A model generated the notes under the pieces. The model had not been told where the DNA came from. It worked only from the letters and a program-made list of their open reading frames with translations, and ran no database searches. A program made the position numbers and the translations under genes. A stretch of DNA of 63,565 nt, counting the filler, from Octopus bimaculoides (Eukaryota): the NCBI RefSeq assembly GCF_001194135.2. It is 8 parts of 7 records of this genome, joined end to end, with 100 filler letters (N's around TTAATTAATTAA, not from the genome) between each part and the next. Parts side by side here need not be neighbours in the genome. Positions count along the whole stretch, not along the records: positions 62,238 to 63,565 come from NC_069008.1; 7 more parts are not named here. One strand, 5' to 3'. Below are positions 63,536 to 63,565 of the stretch, piece after piece. The first letter of the stretch is position 1. Each line of letters opens with the position of its first letter.

Positions 63536-63565
63536 CCGACGAAGGGAAATAACCCTGAAACCCGG
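63536..63565 (+). ncRNA. Hammerhead-ribozyme-like core (variant), cut by the window end
   Basis: CCGACGA-AGGG aaataa CCCT-GAAAC-CCGG; U4C substitution versus CUGANGA. Confidence 0.4.

Overview
Eukaryotic, AT-rich, gap-ridden draft scaffold made almost entirely of microsatellites and decayed transposable elements. The tRNA-headed SINE families resemble those I recall from octopus genomes, so a coleoid cephalopod is likely; this is recall, not a database hit. No intact host gene, rRNA, tRNA or CRISPR is visible, and most tracked ORFs are translations of simple repeats. Recognisable remnants include RTE, R4/Dong (CCHC + restriction-like endonuclease), Tx1/L1-like (ORF1, AP endonuclease), CR1/L2-like, Penelope (GIY-YIG), mariner, hAT-like and foldback MITEs, Helitron-like ends, a solo LTR and a Gypsy gag-protease piece. 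The most unusual observations are: (1) two tail-to-tail ORF1-only 'half-LINE' copies (6365-9500), one fused to a SINE head and ending in a 3' tail that reappears as a 75-bp tandem array in a SINE head at 56.8-57.0 kb; (2) a stop-free Gypsy frame with RT/RNase H removed by two in-frame deletions; (3) three R4/Dong copies all embedded in (TACA)n; (4) several hammerhead-like cores in Penelope-type termini; (5) a 2.1-kb CpG-dense GAAC/GTAC satellite. Boundaries of decayed elements are approximate (tens of bp).
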